From an uncultured delta proteobacterium (GTDB lineage: Bacteria; Desulfobacterota; Binatia; HRBIN30; BPIQ01), in NCBI GenBank assembly GCA_963761335.1, contig CAVXGR010000024.1:1-64000 (forward strand): a stretch of 64,000 bases of DNA. The letters run 5' to 3'. Shown here in pieces: positions 1 to 8,829 of this stretch (position 1 is the stretch's first letter; every line of letters starts with the position of its first letter). The notes beneath the pieces were generated by a model that did no database searches, was not told the DNA's origin, and saw nothing but the letters and a program-made list of their open reading frames with translations. The position numbers were made by a program, and so were the translations under genes.

Positions 1-929
1 CCTTGGCGACCAGCTCGATCTTCACGGCGGAGCCGGCAGCGTTGATGCGCACGATCTCGGCCTTCAGGCTGGAGCGGCCGCGCGGCAGACGGTCGATCTC
101 GAGCTGGTGCGGTCGCACGTGGCCCTTGACCTCGCGGGATTCGCGATGCGGATACTCGGGGTAGGCCACCTCCATGTCGCCGAGCAGCGCCCGGCCTCCT
201 TCGACGCGGCCGTGGAAGACGTTGACGTTGCCGAGGAAGTCCATCACGAAGGCGTTGGCGGGGTTTTCGAACACTTCTGCGGGCGTGCCCGACTTGCTCG
301 ACCCGACCGCGGTTCATCACCACGACCCGGTCTGCCACCTCGAAGGCCTCTTCCTGATCGTGGGTCACAAAGACGCTGGTCACGTGAATCTCGTCGTGGA
401 GCCTGCGAAGCCACTGGCGCGCTCCTGCCGGACTTTTGCGTCGAGCGCGCCGAAGGGCTCGTCGAGGAGCAGCACCTGGGTTCGTCGCCCAAGGCGCGAG
501 CGAGCGCCACGCGCTGCCGTTGACCGCCCGAAAGCTGCGAGGGCGCTTGCCGCTCGACCCCGCACGAGCTGCACCATCTGGAACAGCTCGTGCACCCGCT
601 CGCGGATCTCCGTCTCGCGCGGCCAAGCGGCGCACCCGGAAGCCAAAGGCGACGTTCTCGAAGACGCTAAAGTGGCGAAACAAGGCGTAGTGCTGAAAGA
701 CAAAGCCGACCTGGCGCTCGCGAGCCGTCCGCCGCGTGACGTCCTCGGTCGCGGTAGTGGATCGCCCTCGTCGGCGCTCTCCGATCCGGCGACATACACA
801 ACAACGTCGTCTTTCCGGAGCCCGAAGGACCGAGAAGAGCCAGGAGCGCGCTCTCGGGTACCTCCACACTCACTTCATTGCCACGAAGTTGCCGAAACGT
901 TTGGTCATGTTCCTGATCGAGATGCCCAG
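1..929 (-). CDS. cysA: Sulfate ABC transporter ATP-binding protein (runs off window; multiple frameshifts)
   Basis: Walker A GPSGSGKTT, VFQHYALF, LLLDEPFGALDAKVR and VTHDQEEA motifs are spread over different frames; lies downstream of cysW. Indels look like sequencing errors. Confidence 0.85.
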
Positions 930-964
930 TCCGGTTCCTTCCTGCGGGCGCGCCGGGCGCCGCT

Positions 965-1900
965 CTACGCCTCGAACCAGCCGCAGTCGCGGAGCAAGCG
1001 GAGATGCCCCCCGGTGGACTCCCCTTCGGAGTCGGCGACGGATTCGCGCACCCGGCCCTGTAGCTCATTGCGCGTCTTCCATTCCAGCACGGTCTTCATT
1101 GCCAGGGTCACCAGCGCCAGTGACAGAGGAGCGAGCCACGGCGAAGGAGGCCGCGAGTGTTGTAGTCCTGGAAGAGCTTCTCGACGCGCAGCGGCAGCGT
1201 GTCGGTTGCCCGGCGATCCGACCGGAGACGACGTAGACGGCGCCGAACTCGCCCATGGCGCGCGCGTTGCACAGAATGATGCCGTAGAGCAGGCCCCAGT
1301 TGATGTTGGCAGCGTGACGCGGCGAAACAACGGCCAGCCGCCGGCGCCGAGACTGACCGCGGCGATCTCTTCGTCGGCGCCGATCGCCTCCATCACCGGG
1401 ATCAGCTCGCGCGCGACGAACGGGAAGGTGACGAAGGCGGTCGCCAGCACCAGGCCCGGCGTGGCGAAGATGATCTTGATGCCGTCCTCGCGCAGCCAGG
1501 GACCCAGAAAGCCCTGCAGCCCGAAGATGAGCACGAAGATGAGGCCGGCGACCACCGGGGAGACGGCGAAGGGCAGATCGATCATCGAGGTCAATAAGGC
1601 CCGGCCGCGAAAGCGGAAGCGGGCGATGGCCCAGGCCGCCGCCAGCCCGAAGATCAGGTTCAGAGCCACGGCGATCGGCGCCACCGTCAGGGTCAGGCGG
1701 ATGGCGCTCCAGGTGTCGGCGTCGTCGACGAGATTGCGCCAGTAGGCGCCCGGGCCGTTCGCCAGCGCCTCGGAGAAGACGTTGAGCAGCGGCACGACGA
1801 TGAAGAGGCCCATGATGGCCACTGCCAAGCCGAGCAGAACGGTGCGGACCACCAACGGATCCCGCTGCGCCGACCGCGCCGCGGCCCGCGGAAAGGACAT
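965..1900 (-). CDS. cysW: Sulfate ABC transporter permease CysW (frameshifts in 3' third)
   Basis: [14 protein letters not shown] and [11 protein letters not shown] motifs; MGEFGAV continues in another frame after a missing base near 1308. Confidence 0.9.
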   Translation of the reverse strand: MSFPRAAARSAQRDPLVVRTVLLGLAVAIMGLFIVVPLLNVFSEALANGPGAYWRNLVDDADTWSAIRLTLTVAPIAVALNLIFGLAAAWAIARFRFRGRALLTSMIDLPFAVSPVVAGLIFVLIFGLQGFLGPWLREDGIKIIFATPGLVLATAFVTFPFVARELIPVMEAIGADEEIAAVSLGAGGWPLFRRVTLPTSTGACSTASFCATRAPWASSAPSTSSPVGSPGNRHAAAARREALPGLQHSRPPSPWLAPLSLALVTLAMKTVLEWKTRNELQGRVRESVADSEGESTGGHLRLLRDCGWFEA

Positions 1901-1907
1901 GCTCACG

Positions 1908-2732
1908 TTACCCGCCATTGCGCTTGCTCCATCTCTCGAGAAGGTGGATCACGACCAGCATGCTGAAGGAGATCGCCAGGAGAACTATGGCAATGGCCGC
2001 CGCCTTGCCGTACTTGAACTCCTCCAGCGCCGAGACGATCAGCACCGGCGCGATCTCCGTGCGGAAAGGCAAGTTGCCCGAGACGAAGATCACCGAGCCG
2101 TACTCGCCGATGCCACGAGCAAAGGCCAGGGCGAAGCCGGTAATCACTGCCGGAGCCAGCGCCGGCGCGATCACGCGGACGAACGTCTGCAATCGGTTCG
2201 CCCCCAGGCACGCCGCCGCCTCCTCGAACTCGGCCTCGAAATCTTCCAGAATCGGCTGCACGGTGCGCACCACGAAGGGCAGGCCGATGAAGGTGAGCAC
2301 CAGAACGATGGCGAGCCGTGAATACGCGGCCTGAACGCCGAGCGGCACGAGAAAGCGGCCGAGCCAGCCGCTCTCGGCGTAGAGGCTCGAGTAGACCAGC
2401 CCGGCGACGGCAGTCGGCAGCGCGAAGGGGAGGTCGACGAGGGCGTCGAGGAGACGCTTGCCGGTGAACTGATAGCGGACGAGCACCCAGGCGATGAGAA
2501 TGCCCATCGGGATATTGACCGCCGCGGCAGCAAGCGACGCGCCGATGGTGAGCTCGTACGCCGCCCTCGCCCGCGGCGTCCACACCGCTGCCCAGAACTG
2601 ATGCAGGCTGAGCGATGCCGCCTTGAGAGCACAGGCACCCAGCGGAATCAGGACCAGCAGAGTCAGGTAGAGAAGGGTGTAGCCGAGGCTCATCCCAAAG
2701 CCCGGCAACACCCGCCGGTTGACGTCGTTCAT
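1908..2732 (-). CDS. cysT: Sulfate ABC transporter permease CysT
   Basis: VDLPFALPTAVAG, LPFVVRTVQP, ARGIGEYGSVIFVSGNLP motifs; intact ORF. Confidence 0.95.
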   Translation of the reverse strand: MNDVNRRVLPGFGMSLGYTLLYLTLLVLIPLGACALKAASLSLHQFWAAVWTPRARAAYELTIGASLAAAAVNIPMGILIAWVLVRYQFTGKRLLDALVDLPFALPTAVAGLVYSSLYAESGWLGRFLVPLGVQAAYSRLAIVLVLTFIGLPFVVRTVQPILEDFEAEFEEAAACLGANRLQTFVRVIAPALAPAVITGFALAFARGIGEYGSVIFVSGNLPFRTEIAPVLIVSALEEFKYGKAAAIAIVLLAISFSMLVVIHLLERWSKRNGG

Positions 2733-2763
2733 GTGCGGCTCGCTGTGCCGTCGGAGCTGCCCA

Positions 2764-2922
2764 TCACCCGAGCAGCGCCCACACTCCCATAGCCAGACCG
2801 GTCCACAGCATCAGGCTGAGGCAGGCGCCGGCAGCGAAGCCGATGATCGGCAGCCGGGGACGTCCGCGCACCCGGGAATGCGCCTGGATGTGCCATTCGA
2901 TCTGCGCATACGACAGCTCCAT
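2764..2922 (-). CDS. Small 52-aa putative membrane protein inside the sulfate operon
   Basis: Hand-translated MELSYAQIEWHIQAHSRVRGRPRLPIIGFAAGACLSLMLWTGLAMGVWALLG; ATG 2 nt after the sbp stop; hydrophobic C-terminal half. Confidence 0.55.
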   Translation of the reverse strand: MELSYAQIEWHIQAHSRVRGRPRLPIIGFAAGACLSLMLWTGLAMGVWALLG

Positions 2923-2924
2923 GG

Positions 2925-3955
2925 TCACTTGTCTCCCGGACCGTAGATGCTGTCGAAGATCCTGCCGTCCCCGAAGAACTTCTCATAGGCGTCGCTCCAG
3001 TCCTTGGCGATGGCGGTGACCGGAAACAGCTTCATCTGCGGAAAGCTCTGCGCGTGCCGCTGCAGCACCGCCTCATCGATGGGCCGGAAGTGATGGCTGG
3101 CGATGATCTCCTGTGCTTCGGGGGTGTAGAGGTACTTCAGGTACTCCTCAGCCACGGCGCGGGTGCCGTGGCGCTTGGCGTTGGCATCGACAACCGCCAC
3201 CGGCGGCTCGGCGAGGATGCTGATGGGGGGCACGACCAGCTCGAGGTTCCCGTGCGACTCCTCGATCTCGAGATAGGCCTCGTTCTCCCAGGTGAGATGG
3301 ACGTCACCGATCTTCTTCTGGGAGAAGGTCGTGGTCGAGCCGCGAGCGCCCGAGTCGAGCACCGGCGTCTGTTTGTAGAGCCTGGTGATGAACTCTCTCG
3401 CCTGCTCCGCAGAGCCGCCGCGCTCGGTGACCGAGCCCCAAGCCGCCAGCAAGCTGAGCTTGCCATTGCCCGAGGTCTTGGGATTGGGCGTGATGATCTC
3501 GACCCCCGGCTTGACCAGGTCGGGCCAGTCCTTGATGGCCTTTGGATTCCCCTTGCGCACGACGAAGACGATGGTGCTGCGCCAGGGCGAGGAGTGGTTC
3601 GGCAAGCGCTCTTCCCAGCCGTCGGCGATCAGGCCGACGTTGTGAATTGCCTCGGTGTCGGGCCAGAGGGCCAAGCTGACGACGTCGGCCTCCAGGCCGT
3701 CGACGACGGCGCGCGCCTGCGAGCCGGAGCCGCCGTGCGACATCTTGATGGAGAGCGTGTTGCCGGTCTCCTTCTCGTACTTCGGAATGAATTTGCCGTT
3801 CAGGTCGCGCCAGAGCTCCCGCGTCGGATCGTAGGAGACGTTGAGCAGCTCGATCTCTTTCCCTGCGCCGCAGCACCGCGAGGCGCGGCAGCGGCGCCGA
3901 GAGCGAGCGCCAAGACGATCAGCAAGTTGCGTCTCGAAAGGTTTGTTCGGATCAT
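2925..3955 (-). CDS. sbp: Sulfate ABC transporter substrate-binding protein (one frameshift near 3858)
   Basis: ELLNVSYDPTRE, SHGGSGSQAR, TPNPKTSG and WENEA motifs; the signal peptide from ATG 3955 is out of frame with the mature part. Confidence 0.92.
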
Positions 3956-4051
3956 TCTCTTTCCCTTTCCTTCAAACGCAGGCTTCCGTTTGAATGCAGG
4001 TTCCAGCTCCAGGCCGTCGCAGCGTCACCGCGGCTTGCGGCGGCCCGACCC

Positions 4052-4087
4052 AAGAAAAAGGCCCGGGAGGAGATCACCTCCCGGGCC
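4052..4087 (-). terminator. Intrinsic terminator within the sbp leader (attenuator candidate)
   Basis: 11-bp perfect stem GGCCCGGGAGG/CCTCCCGGGCC, 6-nt loop, followed on the minus strand by TTTTTCTT. Confidence 0.75.
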
Positions 4088-4208
4088 CTGCAGCGCGAGC
4101 TTCCGGATGCCTTCGGGGGAGATCGGGCTCCGGCGCTGCGCGCCCACTGCCGGGGAAGGCCTCCCGGGCCCGCATACACATCGGTGAAATGCCGATCGCC
4201 ACAGTCAT
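4074..4208 (-). CDS. Putative leader peptide containing Met-Cys-Met (44 aa)
   Basis: MTVAIGISPMCMRAREAF...GPGR; starts about 32 nt below a TTGACA box and stops in the terminator loop. Confidence 0.4.
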   Translation of the reverse strand: MTVAIGISPMCMRAREAFPGSGRAAPEPDLPRRHPEARAAGPGR

Positions 4209-4219
4209 TGTTAGACGTG

Positions 4220-4246
4220 TATCCGTTATAACGGACATATTGTCAA
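4220..4246 (-). promoter_or_regulatory. -35 box (TTGACA) with palindromic operator upstream of the sulfate operon
   Basis: Perfect palindrome TCCGTTATAACGGA at 4222-4235; TGTCAA at 4241-4246. Confidence 0.75.
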
Positions 4247-4313
4247 GGCCGAAATGCCGCGGCTACAACGAAGATGGAAATCCCGGGTTGCCGGGCCGCT
4301 GCCGGCGCTGATG

Positions 4314-4949
4314 TCAGCGCGGCCTGCCGGCGTAGGTCATCACCAGGTACATGACGACCTCGGAGCGTCCTGTGTTCCGATATTCGTGAGGGACATCGGC
4401 ACGAAACTGGATCGAGTCTCCCGAATCCAGCCGATGGCACTTCCCACCGACGCACATCTCCAAAGATCCGGTGGTCACCACCAGGTTCTCCACGGTGCCC
4501 GACGGATGCGGATCTGCCGCCTCGCTGGCGTGCGGGGCGAGGCGCAGCTCGTAGAACTCGACGTCGCGTGCCTCGTCGAAGGGGAACAGGGCGCGCGAGG
4601 AGAAGCCCCCGTCCTTCGAGGTCAGCAGCTTGGATTTTCTCGCCGGCAATACCGTGGCGCCTCGGGGTTGTTGCTCGGAGAGTAGAGCCGAAAAGGGCAC
4701 ATCGAGGGCGCGGGCGATCTTCCAGAGCAGGTTGATCGTCGGCGCGCTCTGGTGCAGCTCGATCTGCCCCAGCATGGAGCGGCTGACGCCACACAGCTGC
4801 GCCAGCCGCTCCAGCGAGAGCTCGCGGCGAAGTCGCAGCTGGCGGAGATTGTCGCCGACTGCCAAGGCCGGATCGGGCGGGCCGCTGGCGGTGGTGCGGG
4901 GGCTGCGGGTGCGGATCCGTCGCTTATCGCGGGATGCGTCGGTTGCCAT
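4314..4949 (-). CDS. XRE-family HTH plus cupin transcriptional regulator (SutR/PuuR-like)
   Basis: LSLERLAQLCGVSRSMLGQIE HTH; C-terminal cupin GDSIQFRADVPHEYRN. Confidence 0.9.
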   Translation of the reverse strand: MATDASRDKRRIRTRSPRTTASGPPDPALAVGDNLRQLRLRRELSLERLAQLCGVSRSMLGQIELHQSAPTINLLWKIARALDVPFSALLSEQQPRGATVLPARKSKLLTSKDGGFSSRALFPFDEARDVEFYELRLAPHASEAADPHPSGTVENLVVTTGSLEMCVGGKCHRLDSGDSIQFRADVPHEYRNTGRSEVVMYLVMTYAGRPR

Positions 4950-4959
4950 CAGAGGGGCA

Positions 4960-4986
4960 TATCCGTGATAACGGATAGTTTGTCAA
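4960..4986 (-). promoter_or_regulatory. -35 box with a second copy of the operator (autoregulation)
   Basis: TATCCGTGATAACGGATA followed by TGTCAA; 23/27 identical to 4220-4246. Confidence 0.75.
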
Positions 4987-5219
4987 TCTCCTTGCATCTT
5001 GGCCTTCGTGGACGTTGCGACGTAGGAATTGTCCCCCAATTGCGTCAACACTCCCGCGGTATGGAGTTTCACGCCGGGGTGGTCATGATCACGCTGCTGG
5101 GACTGGCCCAGGGCTGGCTGGCGCGGGTGCCGGCGACGTTCGCCAGGGGGCAGGGCCTCACCGGTACGCTTGACAGCTCGGCATTGTGTGGAAGACTGCC
5201 CCGGCGGATCGGGTGAGGT

Positions 5220-5981
5220 ATGGAAAGAGGGCTTGCGGCGCTCTCGGGAGACGACGGAGCGAGCGAAATCTACGACGGCTTTGCGCGCCAGCTCGCGGGC
5301 TGGGAGAGCCGCTACGCGGGGCGCCCGCAGCGCGAGATGCTGCGCCTCTGCCTGCTGGCGCTGGATCGCGAGGAGAACGTCGCGGTCGCCTATCACGCGC
5401 GCAGCATCGGCCCGCGGCTGGCGTCTCTGCCGGTGCCGGAGGACGTGCGCGAGGTCATCCGCGCCGCTCTCCTCTGGGTGTGGCGCGACGAGGAGGTGCA
5501 CGCCGTCTACATGCACGCCACTCTGCTCGAGATCGGTGCGCCCTTCCTCCGCGCCCGCGCGCTCCTGCAGCAGACGGCCGGTGCCATCGGCGGCTGGACG
5601 GTCGCCGTCCGCCAGCACCGGAGCTGGTCGCAGGCGCCGCTGTCGCGGGCTGCCGCGACCCTGGTCCTGTGGGCAGGCGCCGCCGGTGGTCGCGTGCCGC
5701 GCGAGGTGCGCAGCCACATCGCCTACTCGTCCTTTCGCGAGTTCTGCCTCTACAATGCGCAGACGGAGAGGACGGCGTGGTTGTGCTTTCAGCGCCTCGC
5801 CGCGTTGCGGCGAGAGCTGCCGGACAACACCGCCGGTCGGGCCGATGACTTCGCGCGCTTCGCCGACGATGAGGATCGACACCGGAGAATCTTTGCGGCT
5901 CTCGGTGAGGCGCTGACGGACGGCGACCGCCTGCGGGAAGGCCTGAGATGTGGGGAGCTGGCGGCGCGGGTCGGCCTGTAG
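5220..5981 (+). CDS. Ferritin-like (diiron) domain protein of unknown function
   Basis: Two ExxH motifs (DEEVH, DEDRH); helical character. Confidence 0.6.
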   Translation: MERGLAALSGDDGASEIYDGFARQLAGWESRYAGRPQREMLRLCLLALDREENVAVAYHARSIGPRLASLPVPEDVREVIRAALLWVWRDEEVHAVYMHATLLEIGAPFLRARALLQQTAGAIGGWTVAVRQHRSWSQAPLSRAAATLVLWAGAAGGRVPREVRSHIAYSSFREFCLYNAQTERTAWLCFQRLAALRRELPDNTAGRADDFARFADDEDRHRRIFAALGEALTDGDRLREGLRCGELAARVGL

Positions 5982-6077
5982 TGGCCGGAGCTCGTCCGGG
6001 GCGGTCAGGGCAACTGAGAACGACGGGACGAGAGCCGGGAACGGAGAACCGGTGAATTTCCGCGGCCGTTCTGCCGC

Positions 6078-6968
6078 TCAGAGGCTCTGAGCCGGACGCA
6101 CGTCGACCACGCCCCAGAGGATCGAGCGGTCGCTGGCGGCGCGATCGGTCGCCGATGTTGCCCGCGGCTCGGCGAAGCTGCGCAGCACGACGAGGCTATC
6201 GGCGGTGCCGGCGCGGCGCACGGCGGCGAACAGACGCCGGCGATAGCTCTGCGGGGTGCCGTCGAGGATGTTCGAGAGAGTGAAGCCGTCGAAGCTCCCG
6301 GACGGGCTGGATTCGAGGAACGAGGCGGCGTCGGCGCATTCGAAGCGGATCCGTTGGCTGGTTGCCGCCGGAGGCGTCTCGGGGGGGGCGCCGAGCAGGA
6401 GACCGCGGGCGTACGGGTTGGCGCGGTTGGGATGCGTGCTCCAGCAGCGCTGCAGACGGGAGCGCATCACCCGGCCGAAACGGGGAGGCAAATCGTCGAG
6501 GAAGGGCGAGGCGTACACCAGCTTCAGCCAGCGGAGAGAGAGCAGCGAGTCGGTCGCCAGGCGAAAGGCAGCGGTGTTCAGGTGGCGGTTCCAGAAGGCG
6601 AGCTGCTCCTCGGGCTCTTCCATGGCGAGGAACGACTCGAGCCTGCGCCGGCGCCAGCCGAAGAGGGCCATGATCCTGCGGCCGAAGCCGAGCAGGCGCT
6701 CGGCGGAGCCCACCTGCGCCGGCCCTCCGGCAGCGCGGCGCCGGGCATAGGCGAGCTGCACCGGATTGATGTCGACGGCGGTCACCTCGTGGTCCCCGGC
6801 GAGGGCCAGCGCCGTGCAGCCGGCCGAGGCGATGCAGAAGACGCGACCTCCGGGCGCAAACGCCGTCTGCTCGATCGCCGTGTCCTCGTACATGCGGCCG
6901 AAGAGGACCTTGCGCGAGCCGCGGCCGGCGTCGAAGCGCCCCGCCTCCCACGGGGTCTCGCGACTCAT
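6078..6968 (-). CDS. DUF3419/BtaA-like SAM-dependent transferase
   Basis: MYED, CIASAGC, AVDINPVQL and FTLSNILD motifs. Confidence 0.75.
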   Translation of the reverse strand: MSRETPWEAGRFDAGRGSRKVLFGRMYEDTAIEQTAFAPGGRVFCIASAGCTALALAGDHEVTAVDINPVQLAYARRRAAGGPAQVGSAERLLGFGRRIMALFGWRRRRLESFLAMEEPEEQLAFWNRHLNTAAFRLATDSLLSLRWLKLVYASPFLDDLPPRFGRVMRSRLQRCWSTHPNRANPYARGLLLGAPPETPPAATSQRIRFECADAASFLESSPSGSFDGFTLSNILDGTPQSYRRRLFAAVRRAGTADSLVVLRSFAEPRATSATDRAASDRSILWGVVDVRPAQSL

Positions 6969-7348
6969 CCGGAGGCGGCAGGCAGACCCGCCTGCGCCGC
7001 GGCGACCCAGGCGAGGACGAGGAAGGCGAAGTTCTTGACCACCATGCCCCCCGGGTCGGGAATGACGCGCCGAGCCCAGAAGAGCCCGGCGGAGTTCATT
7101 CCGACCAGCAGCGCCGTCTGCGCCGCGGCGGCGTAGAGAGGCCGCCAGCCGCTCAACACCCACACCGCCAGCAGGCACTCGACGACGCCGATCAGGCGCA
7201 GCAGCCAGGCGGCGCGGCGCTCCCCGAAGACGGGCACCGCCCCCACCACCTCGACCTGATGCGGCTGCCGGCCGAGGAGCTTGCACCACAGCCCTTCGTA
7301 GAGCCACACGGCGGCGACCGCGATTCGAGTGAGCAGAAGAGGAGGCAT
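6965..7348 (-). CDS. DoxX-like family membrane protein
   Basis: AVWLYEGLWCKL...MVVKNFAFL; stop overlaps the start of the next gene. Confidence 0.75.
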   Translation of the reverse strand: MPPLLLTRIAVAAVWLYEGLWCKLLGRQPHQVEVVGAVPVFGERRAAWLLRLIGVVECLLAVWVLSGWRPLYAAAAQTALLVGMNSAGLFWARRVIPDPGGMVVKNFAFLVLAWVAAAQAGLPAASG

Positions 7349-7445
7349 GCCGGCGGAAATACCACACGCTATGCTTGCCCGGTAGGGCAGGGGGCGGATG
7401 GCCTTGCGCCATTCCCCGAGTTGACGAGACTTGTCTCGAAGCCAA

Positions 7446-7494
7446 GTAGAAGCGCCGTCCCGGCGCTTTCGAAGCGGCGAGACGCCGCTTCTAC
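7446..7494. repeat. GTAG-family REP doublet (REPIN-like), copy 1
   Basis: GTAGAAGCGCCGTCCCGGCGCTTTCGAAGCGGCGAGACGCCGCTTCTAC; related copies at 29560 and 51243. Confidence 0.85.
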
Positions 7495-7569
7495 TCTGCC
7501 AGAGCGCCATCGCAGTTTGCGTCTTGGCAGGCTCTCCTGCTACTGCGGCGGCGATCTTGGGAGGGAGTC

Positions 7570-8001
7570 ATGGGAGCAGCGAGCGCCAGCGATCTCGTCT
7601 TCGCGCATCCGCGGATTGCCATTGCCGGGCGGGTGCTGTTCACCATCATCTTCTTTCTCTCGGGAATCACGCACTTCACCAACCTCGGCGACTACGTTGC
7701 CCTGATGCCTTCCGGCATTCCGTTCCGGGACTTCTGGGTGATGATCTCGGGAGTGGTGGAGCTGGTGGGAGCGACGCTGGTGATCAGCAATCGCTACCCG
7801 CGGCTCGGCGGCTGGCTGCTGGTTCTCTTTCTCGTGCCGGTGACTCTCACCGTTCACGGCGTCGGCATGGTGACCGCGGCGGACGCGCAGATGCGGGCGA
7901 TCCAGACGTCGTTCTTCCTGAAGGGCGTCACCATGACCGGAGCGGCTCTGCTGATCACCCAGCTCGGGGTGGCGGCGGACGGCGGGCGGGCGCGGCAGTA
8001 G
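7570..8001 (+). CDS. DoxX family membrane protein
   Basis: GRVLFTIIFFLSGITHF...FLKGV pattern; four hydrophobic segments; GGAG RBS. Confidence 0.8.
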   Translation: MGAASASDLVFAHPRIAIAGRVLFTIIFFLSGITHFTNLGDYVALMPSGIPFRDFWVMISGVVELVGATLVISNRYPRLGGWLLVLFLVPVTLTVHGVGMVTAADAQMRAIQTSFFLKGVTMTGAALLITQLGVAADGGRARQ

Positions 8002-8036
8002 CAGGGGAACCGGGTATTCCCCCCGCCGCCTCTCTG

Positions 8037-8738
8037 GTGCCGACGCTCGGCATCGTCTTCCTCGCTGCGCTGGTGCACGCAACCCTGGGCTTCGGCACGG
8101 CGCTGATCGCCATGCCGCTGCTCGCCATGGTTCTCGATCTGCGCACGGCGACACCGCTGGTGGCGCTGGTGATGCTCACCACGATCGCGGCGCTGCTCTG
8201 GGACACGCGCCGCGACATCGAGCTGCGGGCCGCGTGGCAGCTTCTCCTGGTCTCGCTGCTGGGCATTCCGATCGGCCTGCTGCTGATCCAGACGGCCCCC
8301 GAGCACGCCGTCAAGGCACTGCTCGGCGTGGTGCTCATCGGCTTCGGCCTCCTCAACCTGACGCACCCCGAGCTCCCCGTCCTGCGGGGCGCTGGCTGGG
8401 TCGTCCCCTTCGGCCTGGCCGCGGGCATTCTCGGCGGCGCCTACAACACCAATGGACCGCCGGTGGTCCTCTACGGTGTCCTGCGCCGCTGGCCGGCGGA
8501 TCGCTTCCGCGCCACGCTGCAGGGCTACTTCCTGCCCGCGGCCATGCTCATCTGCGCCGGTCACGCCGCCGCCGGTCTCTGGTCGCGGCGCGTCCTGCTT
8601 CTCTATGCGCTCACCGTGCCGGTGGTCCTCGCGGCCGTCGCCGTCGGCGTCCAGGTCAGCCGCCGTATTCCGGCGGCGCGCTTTGCGCGTTTCCTGTATG
8701 CGGCGATGATCGTCCTCGGTATTCTGCTGCTGGTGTGA
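8037..8738 (+). CDS. Sulfite exporter TauE/SafE family protein
   Basis: LGFGTALIAMPLL and GGAYNTNGPP motifs; very hydrophobic; start approximate. Confidence 0.85.
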   Translation: MPTLGIVFLAALVHATLGFGTALIAMPLLAMVLDLRTATPLVALVMLTTIAALLWDTRRDIELRAAWQLLLVSLLGIPIGLLLIQTAPEHAVKALLGVVLIGFGLLNLTHPELPVLRGAGWVVPFGLAAGILGGAYNTNGPPVVLYGVLRRWPADRFRATLQGYFLPAAMLICAGHAAAGLWSRRVLLLYALTVPVVLAAVAVGVQVSRRIPAARFARFLYAAMIVLGILLLV

Positions 8739-8747
8739 GCCGGCGGT

Positions 8748-8824
8748 GGGGACAGGCACCTTTTCGGCGGCGAAGGGTGTAAGCCCAATTGAGCCCGGCC
8801 GGCGCCGCAAAGGAGCCAGTCCCC
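8748..8824. repeat. 77-bp GGGGACAGGCACCTTTT...AAAGGAGCCAGTCCCC inverted-repeat element, copy 1
   Basis: Same ends and same length as 48931-49007. Confidence 0.8.
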
Positions 8825-8829
8825 CGCGC

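Noticed and set aside
3956..4210. SAM riboswitch or T-box in the sbp leader
   Set aside because: No SAM-I core or T-box consensus is visible; a peptide attenuator fits better.
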